From assembly GCA_965263355.1 (NCBI GenBank), contig CBDHHL010000009.1, positions 1-14,169 on the forward strand: a DNA stretch of 14,169 nucleotides, in the 5' to 3' direction. Position 1 is the first letter of the stretch. Every line of letters starts with the position of its first letter. This document shows positions 13,635 to 14,169 of this stretch, in pieces. Position numbers and translations under genes: made by a program. This DNA comes from Leptolyngbyaceae cyanobacterium. Its GTDB lineage: Bacteria > Cyanobacteriota > Cyanobacteriia > Phormidesmidales > Phormidesmidaceae. The notes below the pieces were generated by a model that was not told the origin of the DNA, made no database searches, and saw nothing but the letters and a program-made list of their open reading frames with translations.

Positions 13635-13808
13635 TCAACCCCACTTGCTAGAGACACGTTGCATTAATCCAGATAGGACGACTTTTGAGTACCAATCTGG
13701 GGGGTATTGTTGGTCTCTGACTTTTTTGATGTCGTCGCAAACTTTATTCCAAGCGTCCTCAGTCGCAGCTTCACGCAAGGACTGAATCTCTTTTTCGGTG
13801 ATATTCAT
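13635..13808 (-). CDS. 57-aa hypothetical protein (not in ORF track)
   Basis: AAGGAGA RBS; MNITEKEIQSLREAATEDAWNKVCDDIKKVRDQQYPPDWYSKVVLSGLMQRVSSKWG. Confidence 0.7.
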   Translation of the reverse strand: MNITEKEIQSLREAATEDAWNKVCDDIKKVRDQQYPPDWYSKVVLSGLMQRVSSKWG

Positions 13809-13846
13809 ATGTTCTCCTTGTTCGTCAATTCTCCCTTTTCAGGGAA

Positions 13847-13952
13847 TGCCTCATGCAGGATTCGAACCTACGACTTCCTGGCGAACGATTAAGGCAATCT
13901 CCTCAACTGAGTTATTGCGCACCAGTTACTCTACCAACTGAGTTAATGAGGC
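13847..13952 (-). tRNA. tRNA-like RNA with a 40-nt expanded anticodon loop (isotype undetermined; Thr/Phe-like acceptor)
   Basis: Acceptor GCCTCAT/ATGAGGC+A73, T8A9, D arm ACTC-AGTTGGTA-GAGT, stem CTGG/CCAG, variable AAGTC, T arm GTAGG-TTCGAAT-CCTGC; no encoded CCA. Confidence 0.8.
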
Positions 13953-14005
13953 AAGGCTGGGCTTCTGCCCAGCGGTTACTTATCGAGATACGACTATGAC
14001 TGTTT

Positions 14006-14169
14006 TCAGTCCCATCCTCCAATATCTAAAACTTTCCCGTCGTAACCTGAATCCTGTAATGCTTTATAAGCAGGTTGACAAGTTTCGCCCCAGTGAGCAT
14101 AGTCAACAACACTAAAGCAATTTTTCGTAGCTTCCTGCATTTCCCCAACACCTTGCACCCCATTTACAA
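14006..14169 (-). CDS. 3' end of a hypothetical protein entering from beyond the window
   Basis: Open frame ending ...CFSVVDYAHWGETCQPAYKALQDSGYDGKVLDIGGWD*. Confidence 0.5.
   Translation of the reverse strand, partial: VNGVQGVGEMQEATKNCFSVVDYAHWGETCQPAYKALQDSGYDGKVLDIGGWD

Noticed and set aside
13882..13921. Assigning an anticodon (CGC, GTT, TAA or suppressor TTA)
   Set aside because: None sits in a canonical 7-nt loop with U33 and purine 37 on a well-paired stem

Overview
Accessory/early region of a temperate phage, prophage or phage-plasmid, most likely from a cyanobacterium (four HIP1 octamers GCGATCGC, cyanobacterial-type RHH and HTH regulators). No capsid, tail, integrase or replicase gene is visible. 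Left (1-4500): a self-contained minus-strand operon (Xis/MerR-like HTH, a small protein probably fused by a -1 frameshift to a membrane protein, a multi-TM protein, a TM-anchored P-loop ATPase resembling FtsK/HerA/TraB, and a TM-tailed GIY-YIG nuclease). It is divergent from an RHH repressor, with mirror promoters and 11-bp-phased repeats. Centre (4500-9800): a lambda-like divergent promoter/operator switch, then a Cro/Xre HTH, a GIY-YIG-HTH fusion, an AntA-like antirepressor, small ORFs and an FGE-sulfatase/CLec protein ending in a DGR variable-region-like tail. Right (9800-14169): a HAD-IIIA phosphatase, palindromic repeats, a SLOG (cpYpsA/MoCo-carrier-like) protein, an orphan MbcA/ParS-type antitoxin domain, many small ORFs, and a tRNA-shaped RNA whose 7-nt anticodon loop is replaced by 40 nt. 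All calls were made by eye; no database search or folding program was run.
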